A program made the translations under genes and the position numbers. Shown here in pieces: positions 24,601-35,146 of a stretch of 64,000 bases of DNA. The notes under the pieces were generated by a model. That model was given only the letters and a program-made list of their open reading frames with translations. It made no database searches and was not told the origin of the DNA. Origin of the DNA: Blastocladiella emersonii ATCC 22665 (lineage: Eukaryota; Fungi; Blastocladiomycota); assembly GCA_025594325.1 (NCBI GenBank), contig JANHCV010000005.1, forward strand, positions 1,922,001-1,986,000, read 5' to 3'. Position 1 is the first letter of the stretch, and every line of letters starts with the position of its first letter.

Positions 24601-24774
24601 GTTGCGCATGAGGTCGACCATGGAGACGCGGCGGTTGTTCTTTGTGGGAGGAGGTCGGGGTGAGGGCGACCTCCGCGACGGGGTTGTGCTGGTCGATGGG
24701 GAGGGTATCCGCGAGGCCATCGAGGACGGCGTGGTGGGCGTGTCGGGCAGCGGCGGAAGCTCTTCGGCGTTCAT
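21664..24774 (-). CDS. Hypothetical protein with C-terminal kinase-like (probably pseudokinase) region
   Basis: ATG at 24774. QIFKRIAEALAYLHEQWNLAHGSVEAAHVLV ... ASDVRALG matches the kinase C-lobe layout, but HRD, DFG and APE are absent. Confidence 0.6.
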   Translation of the reverse strand: MNAEELPPLPDTPTTPSSMASRIPSPSTSTTPSRRSPSPRPPPTKNNRRVSMVDLMRNPPPNLASDDLLARFPTMRSSPAIVRMLKASASAAKRQSVMNLPANLVSERQAYFEGEVEGELRKLESSKEWFDIQKYIESYYGITLVASSGTHGVPAMPPLPGSLPSGGMPLPPLPPMPPTANLPPTPPTSRPRTPPAPSSTPTPSRTPPPRSHTPPARPSTPQGKHGVNGSLLRSLALLGDVTATWAAPDGKEYLALAAPINEFLFHYRSSGATADTDRIAGVLEEMEGMDAATGELAPEDPAAWKPRVDEFVADMRAHLETTVAATKKQWATQQLARLRDDLFAQCTRHFRAVQLLKARRDDPVDELRSGAVLAHFFNWIMDGYEQRLRDLGLSPADLLPASPRLMPSVSAAPALGAGTDSPPPPSSYSLLDATLNWNALAAAMASTLGLSVGDWGIRPLGLPRNPDAVRLVTVLLGFRCAQLTLTPGIVSDDDMESLVEYFSVLHPEHAATAAASVHSLPHSLMGSGLDATRFPVNSSGTLIRLPLSSTSTPKTVTLYECAVAKQTVVAARSQGRVLRATEVKGARAVWLYQRYLRVLEILQPHRAADHPSLVTPTLVEMQGLGLPPLPLEAVPRDWMPLSPNLYFVLADSDASPGTLPLDAYLLRHYAYRKCLVTSGSSSSSSIKIDRDRAYDVNRLLLQIFKRIAEALAYLHEQWNLAHGSVEAAHVLVVGDAEAGLRASEAVVKLLPPSLALGPPPSFTPGQESDYDSTLASDVRALGDLFHAVLSRFWFTRPLVSSSTSTVAVGPTPPDSSDAVTATTSEAPAPADEQQVVPPSLEMHHEHLLMRQSTASMSSSGSGSRPSSSAITSVYGALPPLTPTGTSFPGNPLDRSGNGTLTRSATTTKKKKRPITIHLAPSIHPPWSPLYNEAATTVIQRPNTPEAPDAVPPLPSAETMPPVPPLPNSANGGSSATQHYVSPSVRPRTPSPPRDLANTEQDRAMNEILDSLTALVARMRDANETNRPVIREVLEYF

Positions 24775-25124
24775 GTTGACTACGAGGCTGACCGAGTGAG
24801 GTCCTGCACGTCGTTGGTTGCCGTGGGGGCAAGAGCGTACTGTCGTTGGGCAAGGTAGCAAGAAGATGAGGGGTCCGCTAGTTGGGACGGCCGTAGGACG
24901 AAAGGCGGACTCGTTGCAGGCTCTCTTGGCCTCTCAGAGTGTGTGCTACGTTGCAAAACAGGGGGTGCTTGAAGAGGAGAGGAGAGGCGATGCGAGGCGG
25001 GATGTGCCCATTTCTGGTCGGTCGCTTCACGACGCTCTGCGCCACACTCGGCTCGAGGCAGCGACCACCGACCACCGACCACCGACCACCCATGAGTAAC
25101 GGTTTGACAAAGTGTATGAATCAA

Positions 25125-26249
25125 TCAGTGCGCGTGGTCCACCTGGATCACCAGCGGGAACAGCATCCCGACCATCATCGCCGCGACCTGGCCCCACGAC
25201 AGGTGCCCGCGCCGCGCCAGCACCTCGGGCAGGACGTGCACCGTCGCCACGTACAGGAAGCTGCCTGCCGAGAAGAGCAGCAGCAGGCCCGTCCACGTCC
25301 CGACCGTCTTCGAGTCCGTGGTCGCCCCGCGCAGCGCCAGGAACGTGGTGATGGCCGCCAGCGGCGCCGCCGCCGAGAAGGCGAGCAGGTGGTGCCGGAT
25401 CCGCCGCCGCGACGTGGTCCCGTGGTGCAGCAGGTACGACGTGAGCCCGAACGCCGAGGGCCCCTTGTGCAACACGATGGCGAGGAAGACGACCATCTCG
25501 AGCGCGGGTTGCGCGGCTGCCGACGCCGCGCCCATGGCCACGCCGTCGCTGAATGAGTGGATCACGAGCCCAATGGTCGCGGCAACGACCGACTGCCCCG
25601 CGGCGCTCGTGTAGCTGGGTCCCGCCGAGTCGGATGACGGGTCGGGCGAGTGGGTGCCGATGCCGTGGTAGTGGTGATGGTGGCCGCTGTTGCGCGCGAG
25701 TCTTGCACGGGGCGGTGATGGGGAGCGCGCGGCCGTCGCCTCTCCCGAGGGGCACTCGCGCGGCGGGTGCGGCGACGTGGCCGACTCGGGGAACTCGACC
25801 TCGTGGTGCAGCGGCGACTCTTCGAGCGGCAGGTCCGGGTCCGACTGCCGCAGCGGCACGCTTCCCGGCGGCGGCCCCACCACGGCGACCGAGGCGGATG
25901 GGTGGACGTGCGCCGAGTGCGCCTGCGCCTGCTCGATGAGGAACATGGTGGCGAACCCGAGCAGCAGCGCCGTGCCAATGAGCCGGTGCGCGCTCGTCCC
26001 CTCTTCATCGTGATCATGGTCGGCGTGCTCGGACGAAGCCGACGCCTGCGCCGCCAGCAGCGTCTCGACGCCCTCGGGCAGGATGACGACCAGCGCCGTG
26101 CCCACGATCATGCCGGCGCCGAACACGGTCGTCAGCTGCATGCTGCGCTCGGACAGCGCGACCGACAGCGGCAGGTGGCCGGCGCCGAACGCGGCGAGGA
26201 ACATGCACAGCGCGAGGCCCAGCAGGCGCGGGAGGGACGACGCCGTCAT
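25125..26249 (-). CDS. ZIP family zinc/divalent metal transporter (ZIP9/Atx2-like)
   Basis: GTALVVILPEG, His-rich loop, IGLVIHSFSDGVAMG, FLAIVLHKGPSAFGL, SAGSFLYVATVHVLPE. Confidence 0.92.
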   Translation of the reverse strand: MTASSLPRLLGLALCMFLAAFGAGHLPLSVALSERSMQLTTVFGAGMIVGTALVVILPEGVETLLAAQASASSEHADHDHDEEGTSAHRLIGTALLLGFATMFLIEQAQAHSAHVHPSASVAVVGPPPGSVPLRQSDPDLPLEESPLHHEVEFPESATSPHPPRECPSGEATAARSPSPPRARLARNSGHHHHYHGIGTHSPDPSSDSAGPSYTSAAGQSVVAATIGLVIHSFSDGVAMGAASAAAQPALEMVVFLAIVLHKGPSAFGLTSYLLHHGTTSRRRIRHHLLAFSAAAPLAAITTFLALRGATTDSKTVGTWTGLLLLFSAGSFLYVATVHVLPEVLARRGHLSWGQVAAMMVGMLFPLVIQVDHAH

Positions 26250-26498
26250 GGTTGTTCTAGTTGGCGGCGCGGGCGTCAGACTCGTGGTGTGTCTCACCCC
26301 CGATAGCATTCATCGTGGTGATTCCATTGCAGTGGGTGGGAGCGGCGGCCGTACGTTGCGTCGGGGTGCACAGGCCGGCCCGTGAGAGGGTCGACCAGCT
26401 TCACGGCGTCGCGACGACGACGTGTCTCTCGCTTGTCGGGCGCGTGCACGGCGTGGCGCAGCAGCAGTTCTCTCCCCACTAACAAGAACATGTATCAC

Positions 26499-28359
26499 TC
26501 ACACCCGAGGCGTCACCCACACCAGGTGCGGCAGCGGGCGCAGCGTCGTGCCGTCGGCGTACAGGTCGCTGACGGCGCGGTCGCCCCACTCGGCCGGCCG
26601 CTGCACGCGCCAGTCGTACCGCTGCACGAGCAGCACGGTGAGCAGCTTGATCTCCATCTCGGCAAACGGCTTGCCGATGCAGCTGCGCAGCCCGCCCGAG
26701 AAGGGGAGGTAGCTGTGCGGCACCATGCCGGGTCCGGGGGCGCCGGCCGCCGTGCCCTGCTGCTGCTCGTCGTCGTTGCCCGTGCTCGACGTGAGCCAGC
26801 GCTCGGGCACAAACTCGAGCGGGCGGTCCCACACGGCCGGGTTGCGGTGCATGTTAAAGTAGTCGACGAGGATCGGCGTCTACTCGATGTGAACGGCGGG
26901 TCAGTGTTGCTGCGTCGCACCCTCTTCCCGCCAGCGACGTGTACCTTGGCCGGCAGCACGTAGTCGCCGATGCGCGTCTTGGCCTCGAACGTCTCGCGCG
27001 CTACACACACTCCCAGAGTCAGTCGTGCCCGCCACTCTCGACCAGCGAAGCCAACGCACCAGTCGCCCATCCGATCGGGAACAGCCGCAGGGTCTCCTTC
27101 ATGACCGCCGCCGTGTACTTGAGCCGCGCCATGTCCTCGAACGTCGGGTCGCGCCCGCCCAGCTCGCGCTCCACCTCGTCGACGAGCGCGCGCTTGGCCG
27201 CCGGGTGCGCGTCCAGCAGCAGCACCATGAACGCCAGCGTCGACGCCGACGTCTCGTGGCCCGCAAACAGGAACGTCACCACCTCGTTGAGCAGCTCCTG
27301 CTCGCCGAGGTCCGACTGCTGCAGCAGCAGGCCCAGAATCGACGTCGGGTTGTCAATCGACACGCCCGCTTTCGCCTGAGCCTGCTGCTTGGCCCGCGCA
27401 TCGCGGATCACGCGCCGGCCCAGCGCCTTAAAGTCGCGCAGGTCGCGCGCGTACTGCAGCGCCGCGCCGACCCGCAGGTACTTGCGCAGCGGGTTCTGGC
27501 CGCGCAGGTTGGGCTCCTCGAGCACGTTGCGCACCATGGCCGAGATGCCCTCGTCGGCCGACGCCGAGCAGAACCCGAAGTCGTAGTCGAAGCCGGCGAG
27601 CCCAATCAGGTCGAGCGTCACTTTCGAAAAACACTCCATGAGGTTGATGGCGCGGCCCTCGGGCGACTTGGGGAACAGCACGTCGAACATGAGCTTGGAG
27701 CGGTCGACGACGGCGGGCGCGAGCACCTGCTGCAGGAAGCTGACGCGGAACGCCGGGTTGACGGCCTTGCGCTTGTGGTGCCACGCCGCGCCGTTGGCCG
27801 TGAGCAGCGAGTCGCCGAGCAGGTCGGTGACCGACTCGTAGCCGCCCTTGGGCAGGTTGAGCTTGCTGACGACGATGTGGGCGAGCTTCGGGTCTGTTTT
27901 GTGGGTTGTGTAAGCGTGGATGTGAGGCGGGAGCGGGTGAAGTGACGTACCGATGATGCTCACGCTGATACGGTGGGCCGCGCGCCAGACGAGGACTAGC
28001 ACAGCGTTAGTCTTTGTAGGAGGTCATCGTCACTAGAGTAACGTACTCGGGCCGAGCCGCGCATGCAGCGAACCGAGCGCACGCGTCACGGACGACGCGC
28101 CAAACTGCTCGCCGACACCCCAGATGGCGTGCGAGTGCTCCTTGTCGTACGGGATCGGCAGCGTGCCGGGCACTGCCGGCGTGGCCGTGAGCTTGCGCTC
28201 GAGGGCCTTGGCGCGCGCAATGTCGAGGCCGAGCTTGGCCACGGCGAGCGTCGGCACGGCGACGAGGGCAGCGGGCACCGCGTACAGCGCGATCGTGGTC
28301 GGGTCGACGCCGCCCGCGCGGTCAGCGGCTGCGCTGAGGTATTCCTTGATGAGATCCAT
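26499..28359 (-). CDS. Cytochrome P450 (4 introns)
   Basis: I-helix FLFAGHETS, K-helix KETLR, PERW and heme motif PFSGGLRSCIG, split over exons with GT..AG introns. Confidence 0.93.
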
Positions 28360-28583
28360 GGTTACTATGGAGGTTGAGGGTTCCAGCGGGGAGAGGAGGG
28401 ACCGCTGCCGTTTTGGCGGCCGCTGCACTCGATGTGTCGCGTCTCCCACTCTCGGCGCGGCGCCGATCGCTCTCCGCGCCGACTTGAGCAGCGCGAAATC
28501 GGTGCGCTCTCCTCTCCGCTCCGCCCGTCGGATCAGAGGCGCGGTCAGGCGGACGTGCTTGTGCGATGCAATCCAGTGTGTAT

Positions 28584-29619
28584 TCATCCCATCAACGCCC
28601 CAATCAGAACGACCACGAGGGTTAGCGCGTACACACTCGTGGTGGCAGCCGCCGACGAGACCGAGGGATTCGCGGTCGCCCCCGCTGCCGTCGCCTTGGG
28701 ACCAGCGGCCGCCGCCGTCGCCGTGATCGCCGTGGCAGTAGCCGTGACGTTGCCGCCCTCCTGCAGGGCCCGGATCGCACGCAGCACGTAGGCGTTGCGC
28801 TGCACGTTGGCCGGATCGGCGGCGTTGCCCGAGATGCACGCCGTGGCCTGGCCGAGCACCGCCGCGTTTTCGGGCGTCGGCGCGTCACCCCGCTGCGCGG
28901 AGCCGGGCCCGACGTCGAGGCGGTCGGCGTAGCTGTACAGCGTGGCACACGACGGCGCCATGAGCTGCGCGGCGCCGCCCTTGAACCACCACGCGGCGAT
29001 GCGGTACATGACCTTGGCGTCGAGCATCACCTCCTGCGCGGGCGCGTCGGTGCGGCCGAGGTTGCCCTGCAGGCGCGCCGTGACGGCGGGGTCGTTGAGG
29101 TCCTTGAACGCGAGCCTGTTGTCATCGAGAGCGTGTGTCAGCAGGCGGTGAGTGGACGAGGGGACACTTGCTGAACGTACGCCCAGTTCTTGGGAATCTG
29201 ATCAGCGCGAGTACGAGAGCGTCAGCGACCGAGAAGCCGTAAACACACACATCAATTAAAAGTACCATCTGGATCGCACCGCGGCCGCCCGTCAGCGGCT
29301 GTTCAAAGATGGTCAGCTCGGCCGACTCGTGGGCAACGTTGCCGAGGAACAGGCCGAGGCGCTTGGGCGAGCACATGTCGTACAGCGCGGCGGCCTGGCT
29401 GATGTAGGGAAAGTGGTCGCGGTGGACTGGCTTGAGCACGGACAGGTAGGCGGCCGTGTCGAGGGTGCACTGCGGGGTCGGTGCTGCTATTGAAGTTGTG
29501 GGCGTGGGGGATGATGCGGCGACGGTGCCGTCGGCGAGGGCGAGGGTGACCAGGAGGGCCGCGAGGGCCGCGATGGCGGCGGCAGTGGCAGACCAGCTGC
29601 TGCGAGACTTGCGATACAT
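28584..29619 (-). CDS. Secreted, probably GPI-anchored GH19 chitinase/lysozyme-fold protein (2 introns)
   Basis: Signal peptide; RLGLFLGNVAHESAELTIFEQ, GGRGAIQM, IAAWWF and QATACISG...QRNAYV mirror GH19 motifs; Ala/Thr stalk and hydrophobic C-terminal tail. Confidence 0.7.
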
Positions 29620-29792
29620 GGCTGATTGCTGGTTGGTGAGAGCGAAAGAGGGAAGGGAGGAGAGAGGAAGCGAGGCGAAGCGATGGCATGGGACGTGCGG
29701 CGGTGGCTTAGCCGCCGCTCGCTGCAGGCCTTTTGAGGCACTCGCGACCGAGGACGGGCCAGTTCCGGCTTCAGTGTGCGGTCCACTCGCTC

Positions 29793-30449
29793 TCAACGAG
29801 AAGAAGGCGAGGAGGAGAAGACGGCGGCCCGCAGCGACGCAATCGAGAGCAGCGGAACGGGGGCGGGACCGGCGGTCGTTGCTGCGGCTCCCGCTGCGGT
29901 CTGCGGGGACGGGGACGCGCTGCTACACCCACGAGATGCGTGAGAACGCACGTCGTGACGAGGCAAGGTGGGAGCTGCGACGTACCCGACAAAGGCGTCG
30001 ATCGTGGGCGGCCCGAGCGAGGACAGCCTGCCGAGGTACTCGGCGTCGGCCGACGGCGGGTGGCGCGGGCGCAACTGCTGTGGTTCGACGCTGCCACAGA
30101 CGAGCGACGGGTAGACGCGCTCGGCGGCGGGCCGGTCGAGGGCGGGCACCGTGATCCGGGCGGCGAGCGAGCGGCGGACCAGCGGGTCGGCGAGGGCGAC
30201 GTCGCGGTCGCCCTCGAGGACGCTGGCGCGGACCCGCTGCCGCTGTGCTTCCTTCAAGGAGGCAGCCCGCAGCGACGAGTTCCACGCCGGACGGTCCAGG
30301 CCTGGCGGTGCCTGAGGGCGGGACCGAGTTGAGTAGACGAGGACGGACGCCGACAGCGGCGGGCTCGCGGGCTGCGGCGGGCGGTCCCTCGGGCCCGGTG
30401 CCGGGTCGTCGACAAAGGTCGTGTGCGCGCTCACGTCGCGGCTGTGCAT
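29793..30449 (-). CDS. Hypothetical protein (its 5' part lies in the left repeat arm)
   Basis: ORF starting MHSRDVSAHTTFVDD; possible GTACGT intron near 29920-29985; transcribed divergently from the ABCG gene. Confidence 0.45.
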   Translation of the reverse strand: MHSRDVSAHTTFVDDPAPGPRDRPPQPASPPLSASVLVYSTRSRPQAPPGLDRPAWNSSLRAASLKEAQRQRVRASVLEGDRDVALADPLVRRSLAARITVPALDRPAAERVYPSLVCGSVEPQQLRPRHPPSADAEYLGRLSSLGPPTIDAFVGYVAAPTLPRHDVRSHASRGCSSASPSPQTAAGAAATTAGPAPVPLLSIASLRAAVFSSSPSSR

Positions 30450-30600
30450 CTTTCTTGGTTGCGGCAAGAGTTGGTCGAGATGGTGGGGGAGAGGCTGGGT
30501 GGACCGGGATGGTGAGAAGCGGAAACCGCGCCGCGACGCGTCCGCGCTCTCCCAACCCCGCTCGAGTAATAAACCATGAATCTCTCAACTAGATGAAACC

Positions 30601-33501
30601 ATGGCATCGAGCAACGGCACCCGGCCCGCGGGCAGCAACGCCACGACAACCGTCCCGTCCACCATCGCCGACGTGATCCTCGGCGGCGACAACAACCGCG
30701 GCACGAACCTCACGCTCGCCGACCTGCTCGAGATCCGCAACTACACGGACCGCGCCACGGGGCTCAACTGCTCGTGGATCGCGTCGCGCCACGTGTGCCC
30801 CGAGGGCCGCTTCTGCCCGACCGGGTCGGCCGACGCCTCGTACCCGTGCCCGACGGGCTTCTGGTGCCCCTACGACACGGCGCACCCCGTCTACTGCTGC
30901 CCGGGCTTCTACTGCGCGAGCCCGAACCGCATCGCCGTGTGCCCCGAGGGGTCCTACTGCCCGCGCGGCAGCAACCGCCCGTTCCCGTGCCACTTTTTCC
31001 TCGCCCAGTGCAAGCCGGGCACGGCCGTCCCGACGCGCGTCGGCGTCTTTGTCGTGTTCGGGGCTTTTGCCGTGGTCGCGCTGCTTGCTTTCATCCTGCG
31101 CGCCAAGCGCCAGAAGCGCGCGCGGCTGCAGCGGGCGCTCCAGCTCGACTTGACGGCAGCGCCGACCCCCGTCCTCAACTTTTTCCCCTTGTCCACTTCG
31201 TCGGACGCGGCCGAGGACGGCTCTGAACGGGTGTCCGCTGCGCCCAACCTGCGCCAACGGGCCGGCTTTTCGGACGAGTCCACTTCCGCGAGCACCGCCA
31301 TTGAGCTCGACACCCTCGGTGCTGGACCGCGAAAGAACACGGGCCTCCTCGACACGGGCGGCCAGGTCATTGCCGACGTGACGCGCGCCGAGGTCCCCGC
31401 CGTCCACTTCCACGTCCGCTTCGAAGGCATCACCAAGACGCTCAACAACGGCGCCACCATCCTGCGCGACGTGTCGGGCGAGCTGCGCCCCGGCAAGCTC
31501 GCGGGCATACTCGGCGGCTCGGGCTCGGGAAAGTCCAGTTTCCTAAATACGCTGGCCGGCAAGACGCGCCGCACGGGCGGCACCGTGTACCTCAACGACG
31601 TCGAAGACGAGATGGCGCGCTACGCCAAGCTGATCGGGTTTGTCCCGCAAGAGGACATTAGTACGTTTATCTTCGCGCGCCGCGTGCGCTACCAGGCTAA
31701 CGCCCCGCCAACGAATTAGTGCTCCGCGACCTCACGGTGCGCGACATTTTGCGGCACTCGGCCCACATGCGCCTGCCCGCGGCCCTGCCGACGCCCGAAA
31801 AGGACCGCCGCGTCAAGGAGCTCATGGCGTACCTCGGCCTACTCGGCGTCGCCGACTCGATTATTGGCGACGAGCGCGTGCGCGGCATCTCGGGCGGGCA
31901 GCGCAAGCGCGTCAACATTGGCATGGAGCTGGTCGCCGAGCCGTCGATCCTGCTCCTCGACGAGGTCCGTTTGCTTTGCAACTGTGCTCACGAAAGACCA
32001 CTAACCGCCGTCCTTTCCCACAAAATAGCCGACGAGCGGACTCGACTCGAGCACGTCGCTCGAGCTGTGCTCGCTGCTCAAGCGCATCGCCGTCGAAAAG
32101 GGCCTCGTCGTCGCCGCCGTCGTGCACTCGCCGAGCCAGCAGTGCTTTGAGCTGTTCGACGACGTGACGCTGCTCGGCACGGGCGGCCGCGTCGTATACA
32201 CGGGCGCGCGCCGGTACGCGCTCGAGTACCTGCGCAACCTCGGGTTCGTGAAACCGGCCAGCCAGAGCGAGCCCGAGTTTTTTCTGGATGTCGTCACCGG
32301 TAAAGTCCCGCTGGCGTGGAACCCGCAGTTTCGCGCGCACGACCTGTTCGACTACTGGGACGCGTTCCGCCGCGGCGCCGCCATTTCCGACAATCACACG
32401 CCCGGGAACGCGAGCATGCGCAGCGTCGCCGCCGAGATCTCGACCCTCGCCCGGTCACATCCCGCAAACGCGAAGCGGCGGTCGCTGTCCAACCGGCTGC
32501 TCGACAATGTCGCCGACGTGTTCCGCGATTTGGCCGACTACGCGCGCGACGTGGCCGACGAGACGGCGCACACCCTCAAAACGCTGGGCGTGCCCGACCC
32601 GGTGCGCGCCACGCCGGGCCCCGCGCACACGCTGCTGCTGTGCATGCGGCGCGCCGCCGTCCAGATCTGGCGCAGCTGGGGCTCGTTCATGTCCGAGCTC
32701 GGCGTGCACCTCGCCGCGGGCGCCTTCATCTCGCTCGCCTCGCAGGACAACGAGTACCTCGGGCGGTACCCGGACGCGCTGTGCGACGTGACGCCGTTCC
32801 CGATGCAGCCGGCGTGCCGCACACCCCTCAACCTGCTGCCGCAGACGGGCGTGTTCGTGTCGCTCGGCGTGCTGTTTGCGGGCATTTCCGTCGGAGCGAG
32901 CACGTTTGGCGGCGCCGAGCGCGTCGTGTACTGGCGCGACGTGGCGGCCGGGATGCCGACGGTGCCCTATTTCGTGGCCAAGGCCCTCGTCGACGTGCCG
33001 CGCATCGTGCTCGCCGGCGTCACCTTCTCGCTGTCCCTGGTATTCCTGTGGCCGTACCGCGGGCTGTGGGTGTCCATCTGCGCCGTCGTGGTCGCCCTGT
33101 ATTTCGCGGCGTTCAGCATGGGCTACTTCATCTCGACGGCGGTGCACGCGCCGCAGGCCGTCGGGCTCGTGGCGACGGCGTTTGCGCTGCTGTGGGCGCT
33201 GGTGCTCGGCGGGCTGGTCCCACCCCTAGGGGAGGTGGAGCGCGAGGGCAGCGGCTACTACCCGTTCCGGTTCCTGTGGTCGCTGTCGGCGCCGCGGCAC
33301 GCCGTCGAGGCGCTGTTCATCGAGGAGGTGGGGGCGCGCGCGTGGGACGAGCTGACGCAGGGGACCGCCGTGTACGACGCGCTCGGGTACCGCAAGGACG
33401 GGTACGGCGCGGCGGTGCTCAACATCGTGGTGATTGGGCTGCTGTGGCAGACGGCGGCGCTGGTCGGGCTCAAGCTGGCGAATCGCGAGCGTCAAAAGTG
33501 A
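30601..33501 (+). CDS. ABCG (white/WBC-type) half transporter with Cys-rich N-terminal ectodomain, copy 1
   Basis: Walker A GGSGSGKS, signature ISGGQRKR, Walker B LLLDEPTSGLD after splicing; introns 31661-31719 and 31965-32028; C-terminal TM domain. Confidence 0.93.
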
Positions 33502-33517
33502 ATGCATCCGAAAAAAA

Positions 33518-34590
33518 TTACAAAATGTCCTTGAGGTTGACCTGCGCCGACCCGCGCGCCAGCGGCTTGGGCTGCGTCGGCGACGGCTTCCACCCGATCA
33601 GGTAGATGACCTGGAACGTGGCGGGCACCGAGTTGCCGTCGGGGTTGCCGTGCATGGCCTGGTAGATGGCCGCCGCCGCCGCGAGCGTGTCCCGTTTCAG
33701 GGCGGGCCGCCGCTGCGCCACGGCGTTCGACTCGCCCATGGCGCGCAGGTCGTCGACCAGCTCGTACGCCGACGGGTAGTCGACGACAACCTCGTCCACG
33801 TCGACGGTCGTCAGCGTGAACCCGGCGCGCGACAGCAGGCCGCCCATGTCGGCCGAGACGGCCATGGGGCTGACGCGCGGCGACACACCGCCCTCGCGCT
33901 CGAGCTCGGCCAGCTGCAGGCTCGTGCGCAGCTCGAACACCGAGTCGCCGCCGAGCATGGCGCCGATGAAGACGCCGTCGGGCTTGAGGCACCGGTGCGC
34001 CTGGATCAGCACGCCCGGCAGGTCGTTGACCCAGTGCATGGACAAGTTCGACACGACCATGTCGAGGCTGTCGGGCGCAAACGCGCCGCCGAGCTGCGTC
34101 TCCTCGTCGAGCACGCGCCGCTCGATCTCGACGTCGCGCTCCCCGTCCAGATCGGCGTCGCGGTACAGCAGGTCGCGCGACATGTCGCACATGACGACCT
34201 TGGACGTGATGTCGGCGTCGAGGTGCTTCACGACGTGCCCCGCGCCGGACCCGACGTCGACGATGACCGGGTACCGGTTCTTGACGTCCTGTTGTATCTC
34301 GCGGGTGTTAGTCTCTGTGAGTGCAAGTCGCTTCCCGAGAAACACGGACGGACCAGGATGCGGTCGACCAGCCGGGCGGCAATCTCGTCCTTGAGGTAGT
34401 CGGCGGCGCGGGCGCTCGGGTGCCGGCTCGCGCGGTCGCGCTGCAGCCGCTTGGCGGCGCGGTCAAACACCTGCGGCGCGCCCGCCGTCGGGGCCGCAGC
34501 GACGCCCGCCCCCGTGGTCGCCAGCGCGCGCGATGCCGTGAGCCGTGACGGTGGTGCGAGTGCGGCAAGTGCGCGGCAGCCGTGATACAT
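33518..34590 (-). CDS. NDUFAF5: NADH dehydrogenase assembly factor NDUFAF5-like SAM-dependent protein, copy 1
   Basis: Mitochondrial-like presequence; VFDRAAKRLQRDRA, VDVGSGAG, SNLSMHWVNDLPG, ELRTSLQLAELEREGGVSPRVSP, VPATFQVIYLIGWKP; intron 34289-34353. Confidence 0.9.
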
Positions 34591-35146
34591 GGTTTACGAG
34601 GTATGTTGGTCTCGGAGTGACATCGTCGCAATATGCAGTGGTTGAGCACCGCGTTCGCGCAAATCACGTTGGGCTCAGCCGTGTGGCGCGGCGCGTCATC
34701 TGCTGGAACCTCATAGTCGGCATCAAGTTGCCTGATACGAGCTGATACGGACTGGAGATCTAGGACCGACTTCCATGCGCAGGGACGCTGAGGCGCGGAC
34801 CTGGGCAGAAGGCGGACTGAACCCACCCTGGCCGTGCTATCGTGTTGGCTGAGAGCGAATCAACGGCTCTTCCACCTACCGACCGTGTCGTACACTGAGC
34901 ACTCGGCCGTCTCCGCCCGAAGCATAGGGCGCCAGACAAAGACTTCGAGAGACAGTGTCCCCCGCGGCATGTGATGCGGCGTGCCGGCGCGGGAGACATC
35001 GGAGAGACGCGTTCTTAGAAGATTCCCATCGGCCGGACGCGTCGCCGCGCGGACGGCGACGATTCCGTCTCCTCACCTCGGCTCCGTCCTCGACTCCGTG
35101 TGGCCGCGACGACGGGCCCCTTGCGCCACTTGCAGCGACTCTCTAT

